A stretch of DNA of 64,000 nt from Podarcis pityusensis (taxonomy: Eukaryota), in assembly GCA_964106645.2 (NCBI GenBank), contig OZ067048.1, one strand, 5' to 3'. The position numbers and the translations under genes were made by a program. Of the stretch, positions 1 through 12,718 are shown one piece after another. Below the pieces are notes generated by a model, which was given only the letters and a program-made list of their open reading frames with translations, searched no databases and was not told where the DNA came from. Numbering within the stretch: the stretch's first letter is position 1; each line of letters begins with the position of its first letter.

Positions 1-536
1 GGGTAATGGTAACTAGAGAAGTCATACAGCCTTCTGCTCCTTTAACAACAGATAACATACAATGAACTCCCACCAAATATTTTAACATTTAATATAATTA
101 TAAGCAGTCTCCTGAGCAAAGTAAGGATGTCAATACAAAAGTCCAGTAGAAATTTACTGACAGAAAAGTATAGCTCACATAGTTTATTTATTGGCAGCTA
201 GAAACTGCTAAATGTGCCTCACACTGTGATCTTAAATATATTTACCTGGAAGCAGCCCTGGAACCTACTTCTATAATCTAGATAAATGCATTTAGGACTT
301 TAACAGTACAATCCTATAATATCTACTCAGAAATACCACTGAGTTCAGTTGGCCAACAATTGTTGGCAAGAGATGGCAATTTACTATAGGAATATAGGGC
401 TGCAGTCTAAACCACATAATTAGGAATAATTCAGAGTAAATGGTGTCAAAAATATTGTTTACAAATGAATTCTTCCCTGCCCATTGGCATGACAGCTAAA
501 GTTGGATTGAAAGGGTTTTAAATGTTCCCAGGGAAT

Positions 537-960
537 TCTTTTATTTATATATATAATATTTTTTATCAGTTTTCAATTACAATCCAATAATAGGCTCATT
601 ATAACAATAACAATTTATAATACAATTATTAATACCAGTCGTTCAAATACCAAATTATATAATTTAGATAAAGTTGCCCCCGCGTGCTAGATTTGATATT
701 TTCTTTATTTCTGCGTTCCAAAATCTTATTAATTTCCATTACAATCCAGCCTTAATAATAATCCCTTATACAACAACTGCAATGTTAATATTCGTGTTGA
801 CACATGAAATGATTTCTAAAGCTACAAGTGAGGAACTCAAACTAGATCCTTGTTCTTCTTGTGTGTGGCAATTATTCTGTCTGTGGTGTTTCTTCCTGTC
901 CTTGTAAGATGTTATGTCTTTCTTTCCCCCCGGTTGTTGCTGTTATCCATCATGCCTTGG
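537..960 (-). mobile_element. Probable degraded L1-like LINE 3' end
   Basis: T-rich tail on the + strand followed by AT-rich 3'UTR-like sequence. No diagnostic protein motif. Confidence 0.35.
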
Positions 961-993
961 GTGGAGCTGATATCCTATTGCTAAAAATGTTCC

Positions 994-1257
994 TGTTAAG
1001 TTGTGGGTGAACATATCAGACGACACAGCGATTCTTCAAACAGCTCTTGTTTATTCACAGGCCAGAACAGAACTGAACTGAAGGGTTCAGCCAGCCTTCT
1101 TATCTAGAGCTCCAGTACCATGCAACTGTAACAACTTTCTGTAACTATCTGATCACTGAACGTCACTTTCAATCCCTTATTTGCATATGTGGACCTGAGT
1201 GAAAACTATCTACAGTATCCTCCTGCTCGCCCAGGGTGAGAACTTCAGTACATAACA
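994..1257 (-). mobile_element. Solo LTR (264 bp) of an LTR retrotransposon
   Basis: TGTTA...TAACA inverted termini and perfect 5-bp TSD GTTCC (989-993 / 1258-1262). AATAAA on the minus strand near 1049-1054. Octamer ATTTGCAT at 1179-1186. Confidence 0.85.
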
Positions 1258-2490
1258 GTTCCCATGGATTTCTGTCCCATGTGCTGGTTTCAGGGAGAAT
1301 AAGCAGACTACCCCATGGCAAAACACTCCTAAACTGGCCACTCACTGAACATCATTACAAGAAAAATATCAGTGTAGGGAAAGGAAGGAACAGAAAAATT
1401 ATAAAGGCATTCCCTCCCCTGTCACTGCCATTCAGTGAATGAGAGATTCCAATTTTCTTTCACATTTCAAGCATCTAAAAAAAATTCTGCAATTACGGAT
1501 TTACCAGTTTGCTTAAATGCTTGTTTACAACAACGCTCTGCAAAAGCTTTTCTGCTTCTTTTAGGTATGCATTATATAGAGAGCGTCTACGGATGATGCG
1601 TTTATTTTGATGATCTACATAGTACATAACATTCCAATACCGTGGAGCAGGTAAGTTATTGCAATTTTCCCAAAGGATACAGCCCAGTTTCCAGTTTACT
1701 GAAGTTAAGTACCAGCTTGGTTGGGTGTTTTAAAATTGCATTTGTTTTCAGTACAGGACGATGGTTTTACTTGTTTTTGTTATATACTGAAGTTTTTGTT
1801 TTAGTGCCTGAATGCTTTCAGTTGGAATAGTTAAAAATGATAAAACCATAGTATCTCCGTAGGGGAGGCGAGGTTTGTGAGAACAGAATGTATGACAGCC
1901 CTTTCATATGTTAATACCTAAACAGAACGCTGGGAAATCTTTTCTTAACAGCTGTATGCAGATGAAGATAAAAGTGATGCATAGCAGAAGGGAGTGAAAT
2001 GGGGAGACCTGCCAATTACCGGTAGGTTTTCTACAGCCTTAGGATTGGCACTTAAATAGTATTGTGCAGTCATCTTATCCGGTGTGTGTTCCGTAAGGGT
2101 CAATACAACCTTGAATGTGAAGTGTGTATTGTTTTCCTTTGTACAGATCTTCTGCTCAAGCACCAAAGTAGAAACATCTTTCCAGGTCCAGGAACAGAGG
2201 AAAACAAGATGGGAAGGAAGACTTAACAATAATTGGGATTAGGAAGGGCAGAGTCTACTTCACCCAGGTTAGCCTTTTCTCCTGACACCTCCTCGTTTCT
2301 GTAAAAATCGGGACTTTGCCTGTGCAAATACGGTAAGTTCCATTTCCTGAGAAGTAAATACAAGTGGTTCTGGAAAGCTATTTCAGTGCCAGAAGGGGGT
2401 CATGTTAGTTTACCACAGCAAAAGAAAACAGAATCTTATGGCATCTTTAATGTATTCATTCTGGCATACACTCTTGAGGACTAGAGACTA

Positions 2491-3177
2491 CCGTATTTTT
2501 CGCCCTAAAGGACGCACTTTTCCCCCTCCAAAAATGAAGGGGGAATCCTATGCGGCAAATGCAGGCTTTCGCTGAAGCTTGGAGAGCGAGAGGGGTCGGT
2601 GCGCACCGACCCCTCTCGCTCTCCAGGCTTCAGGAAGCTATCAGCAAGCCTGGGAAGCCCGCGGGAGTTCCCGCAGGGCTCCCTAGGCTGCGGATAGCAG
2701 CCTACTGCACGGAGTGCGGGGCGCGCTGAAGCAGAGCGCCCCGCGCTTCGGGCAGACATCCGCAGCCTAGGGAGCCCTGCGGGAGTTCCTGCAGGGCTCC
2801 CTAGGCTGCGGATAGCAGCCTGCTGCACAGAGCGCGGGGCGCGCTGAAGCAGAGTGCCCCGCGCTTCGGGCAGACATCGGGCAGCCCCACAAGCTCGGGG
2901 GACAGCGGGGAGGCGCAGTGCCGCCATCCCGCTGTTCCTCGACCTGGTTTGGAGGCTGGCGCTGGGGAGAAGTGAGCTTCTCCCCAGCGCCAGCCCCACA
3001 AGCTCGGGGACAGCGGGGAGGCGGAGCGCCGCCATCCCGCTGTTCCCCGACCTGGTTTGGATTCCCCGACCTGGTTTTGGGGGGAAAATAAAGGAAATTT
3101 TTTCCCCCTTTATTTCCCCCCCAAAAAAACTAGGTGCATCCTATGGGCCGGTGCATCCTATGAGACGAAAAATATGG
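2491..3177. mobile_element. Tc1/mariner-superfamily (Tc2-like) non-autonomous DNA transposon with GC-rich internal duplications
   Basis: TA|CCGTATTTTTCGCCCT...GACGAAAAATATGG|TA TIRs with TA TSD. Internal ~119-bp and ~109-bp period duplications. Confidence 0.85.
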
Positions 3178-3227
3178 TACTTCATCAGTGTTGACCTTAG
3201 TTGGAGTATACGGACACTCACACATGC

Positions 3228-3249
3228 GTGTGTGTGTGTGTGTGTGTGT
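3228..3249. repeat. (TG)n microsatellite
   Basis: Direct reading. Confidence 0.95.
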
Positions 3250-4407
3250 AGACAGTAGGAACTAAGATATCTGTAGGACCCTGACTGCAGAAGGTGGACA
3301 TCAGAGGAGGATGTCCTAGTCAGTTTTCTCCTGTCTTGTAAGATTCAGAGGATAAGGAGATAGGACAAGGTCTTCTCTATGATGGTAACCAGTTCTGAAA
3401 CTCTCTGTTCTGGAAGACAAGGCCCTTTAGATGCAATTAGGTGGCAGCTCAAAAATAAAATAGAAGGAGACACCCCAACATGAAACATTAATGCTCACTT
3501 TCTTCCTTTCTAAATATTGAAGAAGAAGCAAACATTGCAGAGCACTGTGTGCTGTATACATTCAAAACAAACTACAAAAAGGGCTATTTCTTCTTTCCCA
3601 CAGAAGTCCACACCGTTTCCAAGTTCTACAAAACATCCTGGCAAATGAAAGTCCTGTTATAAAACAGGTTTTCCCAAACTTACACAGATGTCTCCATCTC
3701 AGTAAACAAAACAAAAAGTCCCAAGTTCAGCCCAGACTAATATCCTTTCTGGAAAGCCTCAAGAACTCTTGGTGGCAAGAAACTGGGCTTGGGGGAAAGG
3801 CTACAAGATCACAACAAAATATTGGCAAGGTAATATGAAGGGAAAGATGGGCAATAGCTCATTCAAACAGACACCCACCTTGCATTCCAATGGTAGCACC
3901 TGATTTCCTGAAAAAATGATTTTCTTACCATTCCTCAACCTATGCACATTCTCTAAAACCTGACTTCATTAGTAGGCATTAATTGATTGACTGATGTTTG
4001 CTGAGATATAGATACATATATCAATATATACACACACACATATACAGGACCTGATTTGACACTGATGTTATTGTGCTCTCTGCTCAAGTCATTCCTCTGC
4101 ATTTCCTGGGCCTTGACAAATCTTATGGCTCTCTAGTAAGGGATGTGGATGTGGAGCCATGAGCAATAAGCATGGTGGTCTCCATGCATCTGGTGCTGGG
4201 CGGCATCTTGGCAAACCTGATTCGTTTCAGCTTTGGGGACTACACCTGTGCACAAATGACTTCTTGAAATTCTTCACCCTATTCTTGAACAGTGAAACTA
4301 AAGAGGCAATTTCACTGAATTTCTCCATAGACACGAGAAATTCTCCTGCACTTTCTTGAGATGAACTTATTGTTAATAGTGAGAGTAGCACAGCTTTCTT
4401 TTCCATT

Positions 4408-4452
4408 CTTCCTTCCTTCCTTCCTTCCTTCCTTCCTTCCTTCCTTCCTTCC
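4408..4452. repeat. (CTTC)n microsatellite
   Basis: Direct reading. Confidence 0.95.
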
Positions 4453-5653
4453 ACTGCAATCATAGCAACTACAGTTGTGTTGATAGCCTGGCCAACATTT
4501 CTGCATCAGTTCCATAGACCTAGCATCATTCCCAGTAGAGAATATTCTGAGACATTTCTGCAGACATTCATATTTCTTGTTTTTTGTGTTATATAACACA
4601 CACACATGGTGGAGACCATTTTGTGAGTGTCCAATTGACGCGCAACTGACATGTGTGTGTGTGACTTTCAGTCCCGGAATGGGGTAGGGTGGAAATGGAA
4701 AGGGCTGACACGTGAAATGACCCTGAATGCAAACCAAGAGAGTAAAAACTTTAAAGATTTGCATTTACTTAGCATCAAATAATCCCCCCTCAACAAAGGA
4801 TATATCACAATGCAGAACAGAAATAAAGTATCATCTCAAAAAAAATGAGAGGAATGATTTTGGCTCTTTCTTGCAGCAAATATTATATTTTAATATATAT
4901 ACCCCCCCACACACACTCACACATTTATTAAATAGCATTTCTATGTCCCTGGAAATGGAAGGTGTCTGTACCTTTCAGCGATGGTACCTTATTATATTAA
5001 ATTCACACTAATTTGAAACTGCACTATGCTTTGACTATTACTCCACAACTATTTTTTTTTTCTATACAAGGCTATAAGTGGGTGAAATGTAACATATTTG
5101 TAGGGATTAACTACACTTTTGTTACTGCTTCTGAAAATGTACAAAATACTTGGGACTTTTAAAAAAATGGGTGCATGCTATTTCACATAAAAATATAATG
5201 AATGAACTGGTACAGTAGTACCACCTATAAAATGCTAAATTTGTGAAGGTTTTCAGTTACATTGTTATTTTTAATTAATGCAGCATATTAATTTCAGATT
5301 GTTGTGATCCAGACATGGATTTAATGGACCATCTTAGTTAGCTTTGATCTCTGAGCCACATAAACATATGGACAAAGAAGTTGATGAAATCCAACCTCCC
5401 AAATCCATATTTATGCAGCTGAACAAATAAACAGAGATTAAAAGAAATGAACCTTCAACAATACCACCATGAAAAGCCTGTCATCTGTTGTTTCTATTAT
5501 ACATAGCATTAGCCACAAAACATTTGATACGGTATTTAGCACATACACAAACTAATCCTATCAGAAGACCAGCCCTGGATCCAGTCTATTATATTTGTGC
5601 TTGGTGAGGACACAAGATGGGGCCTTTTCGGTTGTGGTTAATAGACTCTGGAG

Positions 5654-5901
5654 CATGGGCAGGCAAACTAAGGCCCGGGGGCCGGATCCGTCCCAATAGC
5701 CTTCTCAATCCCATGGACGGTCTGGGAATCAGCATGTTTTTACATGAGTAGAATGTGTCCTTTTATGTAAAATGCATCTCTGGGTTATTTGTGGGGCATA
5801 GGAATTCATTCATTATTATTTTTTCAAAATATAGTCCGGCCCCCCACAAGGTCTGAGGGACAGTGGACCGGCCCCTTGCTGAAAGAGCTTGCTGAGCCCT
5901 G
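5654..5901. mobile_element. hAT (Charlie-group) MITE, 248 bp
   Basis: Perfect 8-bp TSD CTCTGGAG (5646-5653 / 5902-5909). Degenerate TIRs CATGGGCAGGCAAACT...AGCTTGCTGAGCCCTG, with subterminal GGCCC motifs. Confidence 0.85.
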
Positions 5902-6590
5902 CTCTGGAGTCTCTTACCTGAGAGACCAATCTGACACACAAACTCCCCTTATTGACTTTCTGACAATCGGTTAAAACCATGTTGTTTTATTGCGTCTTTG
6001 GTTTGGATTATTTCTGTTTTCTTATGTTCTCCTGGTTTGCAGTTTTAATTATTCCTTTGATTTCATGTGGGTTTTGGTTTTTTAGTGTGGATTTCCCCCT
6101 CTGCTTTAGTATCTCTGTTTTAATATGCATATTCCTATGTATATTGTTTATTTTATTATGTCATAATCTGGTTTGGAGATTTTCCAGCAGAAAATTGCCT
6201 CAAAAATAAATATATAAATGCGAACACACGCTTATTCAGAAGCAAATCTCACCAACTTCAATTGGGCATAGTCGGAAGCGTTACAAAACTGCATCACTGC
6301 CTTCACGAAAAGGTTCAAATGGAAAATGTGGGGCTTAGTAGCAGCAGCTCAGACGTTTGACTGTACACTTTTTATCACATGATCCACCCTCCCCTGGAAA
6401 CAGAATCACCAGGAAACTTACGGGCTGTACATGGCTATGAGCTGAGTGCCACATCTAGGATTCCTTCACACCAAAAACACAAAACTAGTTTGCAAGACAT
6501 TTAAAATGAAGTATTCTCTCCTGCTTTCCAGTTAAAGAATACTTGAAAGTCAAGACCCCGGCACACCCCCAAGGATAAATAAATACACAG

Positions 6591-7334
6591 TGACACAGAA
6601 ATTTAGTTTAAAGGGCAAAAATTTAGGCCACAACTTTATTGATTACAGCAATGTGAGTGGTATTGGCTTAGGCATTGGCAATAGCTATATCTGACTCCTG
6701 CCCGCCTTGTAGGAAGTCTGGAAGGGTAAACAACCAAATGAAGGATCGATGGCAACCAACTGAAGCTCACCCCGGGGTTCCCGCTGGATCCTGTCATGGC
6801 CCCAGGCACTCAAGCGGACTTCAGACAAGATCCAGACCCACGGACTCCCTTACCGAAATACCCTTGTACCTGGAGGGGCAGGTGATGGCCGCACCTCCCC
6901 TCCCCCACACCACAATAAGCCAATGCCTAACAGCCAAACCTTACAAAAGTTGTGACAATTGCTAAGAGGTAGGCGAAAACCAAATGGCCAGTGCCAATTT
7001 GCCAAATGGAAAAAAAAATCCAAAAGAGGCAACCAACAAAGGCCAAAGGAAGCACATAAAATACAGGGCAGGAGGGTGGGCGTTTGCTGATGCAAAACTA
7101 GGTGAGGCCCCAGTCAAGCACCACTGCCTTTTATATGCCCCCACGATCACGCCACAAATCTGATTGGCCAATAGCGGTTAGTGGTGGGGGGCGCCTTGGG
7201 CCCACGCACAATGTGGGCCCTCAGTTAGGATCCGATTTGCATACATTTGCAAACTCATCCTGCTCGGTCAACAGTTTGAGGCTGACGTTGAAATGATAAC
7301 CCGACTGGAAGAAGCTGAGCAAATCAGTTTGTCA
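6591..7334 (-). mobile_element. Probable solo LTR (744 bp)
   Basis: TGACA...TGTCA termini. Minus-strand order is octamer (7235-7242), double CCAAT (7163-7172), TATA (7129-7136), AATAAA (6645-6650). TSD is imperfect (cacag/cacct). Confidence 0.65.
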
Positions 7335-7378
7335 CACCTGCCTTTTGATCACTCTGCTGGATCTCACTGGTGCATAAT

Positions 7379-7436
7379 AAGGAAGGAAGGAAGGAAGGAA
7401 GGAAGGAAGGAAGGAAGGAAGGAAGGAAGGAAGGAA
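7379..7436. repeat. (GGAA)n microsatellite
   Basis: Direct reading. Confidence 0.95.
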
Positions 7437-7818
7437 TATACCAATAGAGGCTTGGGTTAACAACATGTTGAGCATAGCTCTATCAAAACACCTCACATAC
7501 CATTGGCGAATAATCAAAGGAATCACACACACGCAAACACTTGACGCAATTTGGTCTCCTTTTTCTGTTTCATTGAAGAACAGGATATTTTAATGTGATC
7601 ACCGCAGGCGTGTCTGTGGATGGGATATATTGATTGAAAACCAAAACCAAATAGGTAGTTAGGTGTCTATTGAGGGTATTTTGCAAGCTAACATGAGAGT
7701 GATGGGGGATTGAGGATTTTAGTGATTGTTTAGTGTGGTGTTATGGCGGTGGACAAAGCTGTAATGTAACTCTTAATTTTGTGGGAAATGTATTACAATT
7801 TGTTTTAATATTATTATT

Positions 7819-8581
7819 TGTCAGGGGTTCAGGAGCAGAGGCACAGGAAAGGGAGGAAATAGAGAGCGAGGGGGAGGAGTCCGAAGGAAATGTTAGCGAT
7901 GACAGCGGTCCGAGGTCTCTGAGTCTTTCCAGCGAATCGGAAGATTCACAGAAAGGGGCTCCCATGGTCAGAGCAAGGGGGGTGCCTAGGGGGACACCCC
8001 AGGAAGAAGGGGCCAGAGGGGACTCAGAGAGCAGCAGTTGGAAATCAGGACCAGCGTCCACACCAGAGTGCAGTAGGGGGGAGGAGTCCCAGGCATCGGG
8101 ATCAGGCGGCGCACTGCCAGTGGGAGGACATGAGTCAGGATTGGCCACGCCTCCATCGGGGAGCGAGGAAACGGTCGAGAGGAAGGTTGAAGGCTGGGCG
8201 CGCGCGCCAAGTTCAAATGTACAGGAGGGCGGCGCAGTTGGCAGCCCGGATAGGGAGCCAGGTCCCAAAGCCCGCCGAAAAGAGGGGGAGGAGTCAGGGG
8301 GGTCAACGTCAGCGTCAGAAGAATCCAGGAAGGAAGGGACCCCGGGGGGTAGCAGGACCCAGAGGAGAAAGGAGAGACGGAAGAGGTGGAGTAAGGCTAG
8401 AATCTTAAACTGGTGTACAGGGGGCGGAGACTCAGATGGAGCTTCGCCGATCTAACCCCTAGACGTAGAGCTGGGGCGCTGCGGCTTGAAAATGGAAACT
8501 GTACTTCAATAAAGACTTTTGTACATTACTGCCGGCTAGCGTTGGTCCTCTGTGAGCTGGGACCTGGAGCCAGCTCTGACA
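7819..8581 (+). mobile_element. Solo LTR (763 bp), purine- and GC-rich, carrying a long open frame
   Basis: TGTCAG...CTGACA termini and perfect 5-bp TSD TTATT (7814-7818 / 8582-8586). AATAAA at 8508-8513. Sharp compositional boundary with AT-rich flanks. Confidence 0.85.
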
Positions 8582-9957
8582 TTATTTTTTACATTAAAAA
8601 AGTGATGCCTAATAAGGTCTGCAGATAAGATTTACTCAATGAGTTACTTCTGAGAAGATATGTGTAGGATTATGCAGTAAATGTGATAATTTATCATCCT
8701 GATCCTTATTATTATTTCCTGAGTATCTGCCTGCCACAACAAAATATTGTTTAAACATGACATTGCATTGGCACCCCAATAGACACATCCCATGCAAGCA
8801 AGCATTTTATTTGCTGGCATATTAAATCATGGGATTGGCTCATAGGATAAGTTTCCGGAGTGTAAACCATAAACATTCCCAGAACTGGCAATACAGTACT
8901 GTTGTAATTTATTTTCTTAAATTTTAGGAACATGGTAACCATAGAGCGGTTGAGGATTTATGTAATTATGCCCTTTCAATTAGGATGTACCACGTTGTGT
9001 CTGCAAATCTGGAAGCCATTCTAAAAGGTGATTTAATGCTGGCCATGTAGAGATGAGGAATGGGAAGCCACTTAAAAAGTTGGCCAGACTTGTCAGAATC
9101 TGCCCACTCATTTCACAATCTGATTTGACTTTGCAAAGATGGGTGACGACATTGCTTTGGGGCTCCCATAGGCAGAAATGGAGTGAAGCAGTTTGCTGCG
9201 ACGAAGCTCCTGTTTCTTAAGGAACCCAGCTTCATTTATGAAATATTTAAGGTTCTTTAGTGAATAATCTATTTGTGTTCTCCAAGTTTACCTTCCACAA
9301 AAGGAATCCAGAGGTTAGACTACGTTCCCTAACTCAGTAACAGGCATTTCTGAACTTTAATTAACTTAAGTAGGCAGTGAGTGCTATTTACTTTAAATGT
9401 TAATGTAGCTGAAAGAATACTCCTCTGGCAATGAAGTATTTTCTTTATTAGAATTTTAGGCACAATGAGGAACATTTTACAACAGGGCTTCATTGTTAAA
9501 ATGTTCCACCGACATCCAGATTCTAGACTGAAAGCAGTGTATTCAAAATTGGGTGTTTTCACCTCATTTTATCCAAGACGCAGGAAAGCAATCCTTAGAA
9601 ATCTTTGCAGGAAGATTCCTTTACACTTCACTTCGACTTCATTTGCTCCAGTCTCTCTGTTTCCACACTTAACTGTAAGACAGCAACATCTAGTTCAGCA
9701 GATGCTCTGATTCTGAGCCTGTTTTCTTGGAAGCAAACCCACTGGAACATATTTAAAAGTGTGTTCAGCACCACAACTTAAATGATGGACTCAGAAACCA
9801 CATCAAGGTTAACGGACGGGCCATTTATCAATATTTGCTATATTGAGCTTCTCGGGCACACTACCTGGAACATCTCCGGAAGCAGCTGCGTTCAGTACAA
9901 AGCTGGGTGGATTTATAAAGTACATCTTGTGATTCCTCTATTGGATTCTTAGTTGTT

Positions 9958-9959
<2 letters not shown>

Positions 9960-9998
<39 letters not shown>

Positions 9999-10485
9999 TT
10001 ATACCCCACCCATCTGGCTGGGTGGCTCCCAACAGTGGTACCTCGGATTAAGTACTTAATTCGTTCTGGAGGTCCGTACTTAACCTGAAACTGTTCTTAA
10101 CCTGAAGCACCACTTTAGCTAATGATGCCTCCTGCTGCTGCCGCGCCGCCGGAGCCTGATTTCTGTTCTTATCCTGAAGCAAAGTTCTTAACCTGAAGCA
10201 CTATTTCTGGCTTAGTGGAGTGTGTAACCTGAAGCGTATGTAACCTGAGGTACCACTGTATTAAAAACACAATAAAACACCAGACATTAAAAACTTCCCT
10301 AAACAGGGCTGCCTTCAGAAGTCAGATAGTTGTTTATTTCTTTGACATCTGATGGGAGGGCGTTCCACAGGGCGGGGCCACTACCGAGAAGGCCCTCTGC
10401 CTGGTTCGCTGTAACCCCACTTCTTGCAGGGAGGGAACAGCCAGAAGGCCCTTAGAGCTGGACCTCAGTGTCCGGGCTGAACAGT
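9960..10485 (-). mobile_element. L2-clade LINE 3' fragment with (AAT)n tail, interrupted by a MITE
   Basis: Reverse complement of the L2 3' end at 14790-14998 (cagagggccttctc..gtagtgg, ctgtggaacgccctcccatcag). Confidence 0.75.
10033..10258. mobile_element. Tigger/pogo-like MITE family A, copy 1, nested in L2
   Basis: TIR CAGTGGTACCTC...GAGGTACCACTG|TA with repeated TAACCTGA motifs. The left TA appears lost by a small deletion. Confidence 0.85.
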
Positions 10486-12718
10486 GTCTGGGTTATGTCT
10501 TATTTGAGTCAGGAAGGGTGTCACTTCCACAAATGCATGGGTTTTTTTTTCTCTCTCTTTGTTGCATCAGAGACTGCCACAACTAAGTAGCATGGAATTG
10601 GTCTGTTTCTCCCTCTGTTTTAGAAGGCTAACACTGATTCACGTAGCGTGCAAAGTGATGTCACACATTGCTCAACTGACCCTGCTGAGCAATGACGAAG
10701 AGCTGAGGAGCACATGCAACTTGGTTCAGGGCAGCATAGTAGTACAGGCAGTAGAATGTCAACAGTCCTAAATAGGCGCAGTGTTACAACCAGCATGGAC
10801 ACAGTTAGGGATGGAAGAGAAATTGGATTCAGTCTACATTTAAAAGCAAATCTATCTAATTCACTTTTCCAAACTGTGTGGGAACCAAAACACACCCTTT
10901 CTTCAAAATTCACACTTCTTTAGATTTTGCAACTCAGTTTTCCAGCTATGTATACAAAAGCGCATAAACTGGGATAAAGTGTGCATTAAAATGCAAATAT
11001 TAGTGAAAATAAAATACAAAGATGCAGTATTAAGCGAAATTGCTTAGGAAAATATGCCTATTAGGAGAAATCTGCTCTAAAACACTGATGAATTTTCATA
11101 AGGACTTAAAATATATGCAAACTGATGCAAATTCAGAGACCTGATGGGCCTTGTTATGGCTTCAGGCTGGACTTTCTATGTGAAGTAGTAGTCCTTTTTG
11201 GACTTTATTAATTTCCCTGAACTGATTACCATAGTGGGCAAAAGGAAGACATGCTCCTCAAATCTGTCAAATAATCTAGAGCCTGGCTGATATTTTTTGG
11301 TAATAATTTTTATTGCATTGTTTATTGCAGCAGTACAACAAAGTGTTACTGGGTGACATTTTGTGTATGAATTATATTTTATTTTGCCTCTTCCTAAAAT
11401 AGGTGGCTCAGTTGCCTTACTGCATTATCTGAACATAGTTCCTTTGTAAGGACCTTCCATCAACTTCAGGCAAACTCAAAAGCAGCTTTTTTTGGTCAAC
11501 AGTGCCATATAGATCGAAGAATATATCTATAGGGCTAGCTCCTTGCCCCCCATATTGTCATGCAAGCATCCGCAAACTGCTGCAATACAACAAATTTAGT
11601 CATGTGTGATGCTGGCCAACCTTACATATTACAAAATGCAACATTTTCTGCATTGAGATGTAATTCGTATAATTTACAGTCGCATTTCCTCCAGCTAAAT
11701 TATTTAGTTCCTATTCAGGTATGTCAAAACGGACTCAGGGCACAGATTCAACAAAGCACTTAAAAGAATGTGATATACGAAACCACACTTAACATCTGGT
11801 TTCGCTCCATTTTAAAAGCTCAGCGAAGGTAGGAAGATTCCATGCTCTTGCAAACAGACGGTTGTCCAAGACCAACAGACTATCACCACTTTGTCTCATT
11901 TTGCTGTGCTGCCAGAACAGCTACAATCTAATGAAATCATGCACGTAGTAAATATTCTCCTCCGAAACAAAACCTAAGTGTTGAAATATTTAAACCAACC
12001 ACATACATGTCTCTTTATGCAGGGACCTAATTATTTCTTTTTCCTTTTTGGAAAAGGCCGCTTACAAATACTTCTGTCAGCCTCTGATCCACAGGCCCTT
12101 TATTTATGATAAACTTGCTCTGCTGGTTTCTGAACGAGTGAGCTATGAGTCAGTTTCCCACATGGCCGTGACCCAAATATGAACATTTTGGCATATCAAG
12201 CTTCAATTTCATTTATTTAGTTATATGGACAATTCCTGTACTGTTCTTCAGCCTGGGGCTCTCGGAGCATTCAACAATGATCTCATTCATATGTGAGCAT
12301 ATAAATTTTAAAAAATCATAGGCTGATCCTCAGTCCCACCATGCTAACAGCTGCTATGCCATAGATAGCAGGAGCATAATGCAATCACAGTCCTGTGAAC
12401 TCACACCAACAAAGCAAAACAATATCGGGACAAGCTACAAGCTAAGGTAGTGTCTAACCAACTGGCATTCCTTCAATGCCCCTATAAACACTGCAGCTGT
12501 CCATTGGTTGAGATGCTCTGCAATACCTATGAACTGAAGGCGCACCAATCAATGCACAGAGGAGCAGGAAACACCATGAGGTCATCACACTCAACCCACA
12601 GGGCTCCACGCACAGTGCTAACAATAAGCTATAAAGAAGCCTTCGGAGTGGTTGTCCTGTTAGAGGCTCCCCATAGCACCATGGAAATTGGTAACATTGG
12701 CCGCAAAGTTTGACCAGG

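Noticed and set aside
2505-3258. ORFs of 134-176 aa
   Set aside because: They lie wholly or largely within a GC-rich non-autonomous transposon and have no transposase motifs.
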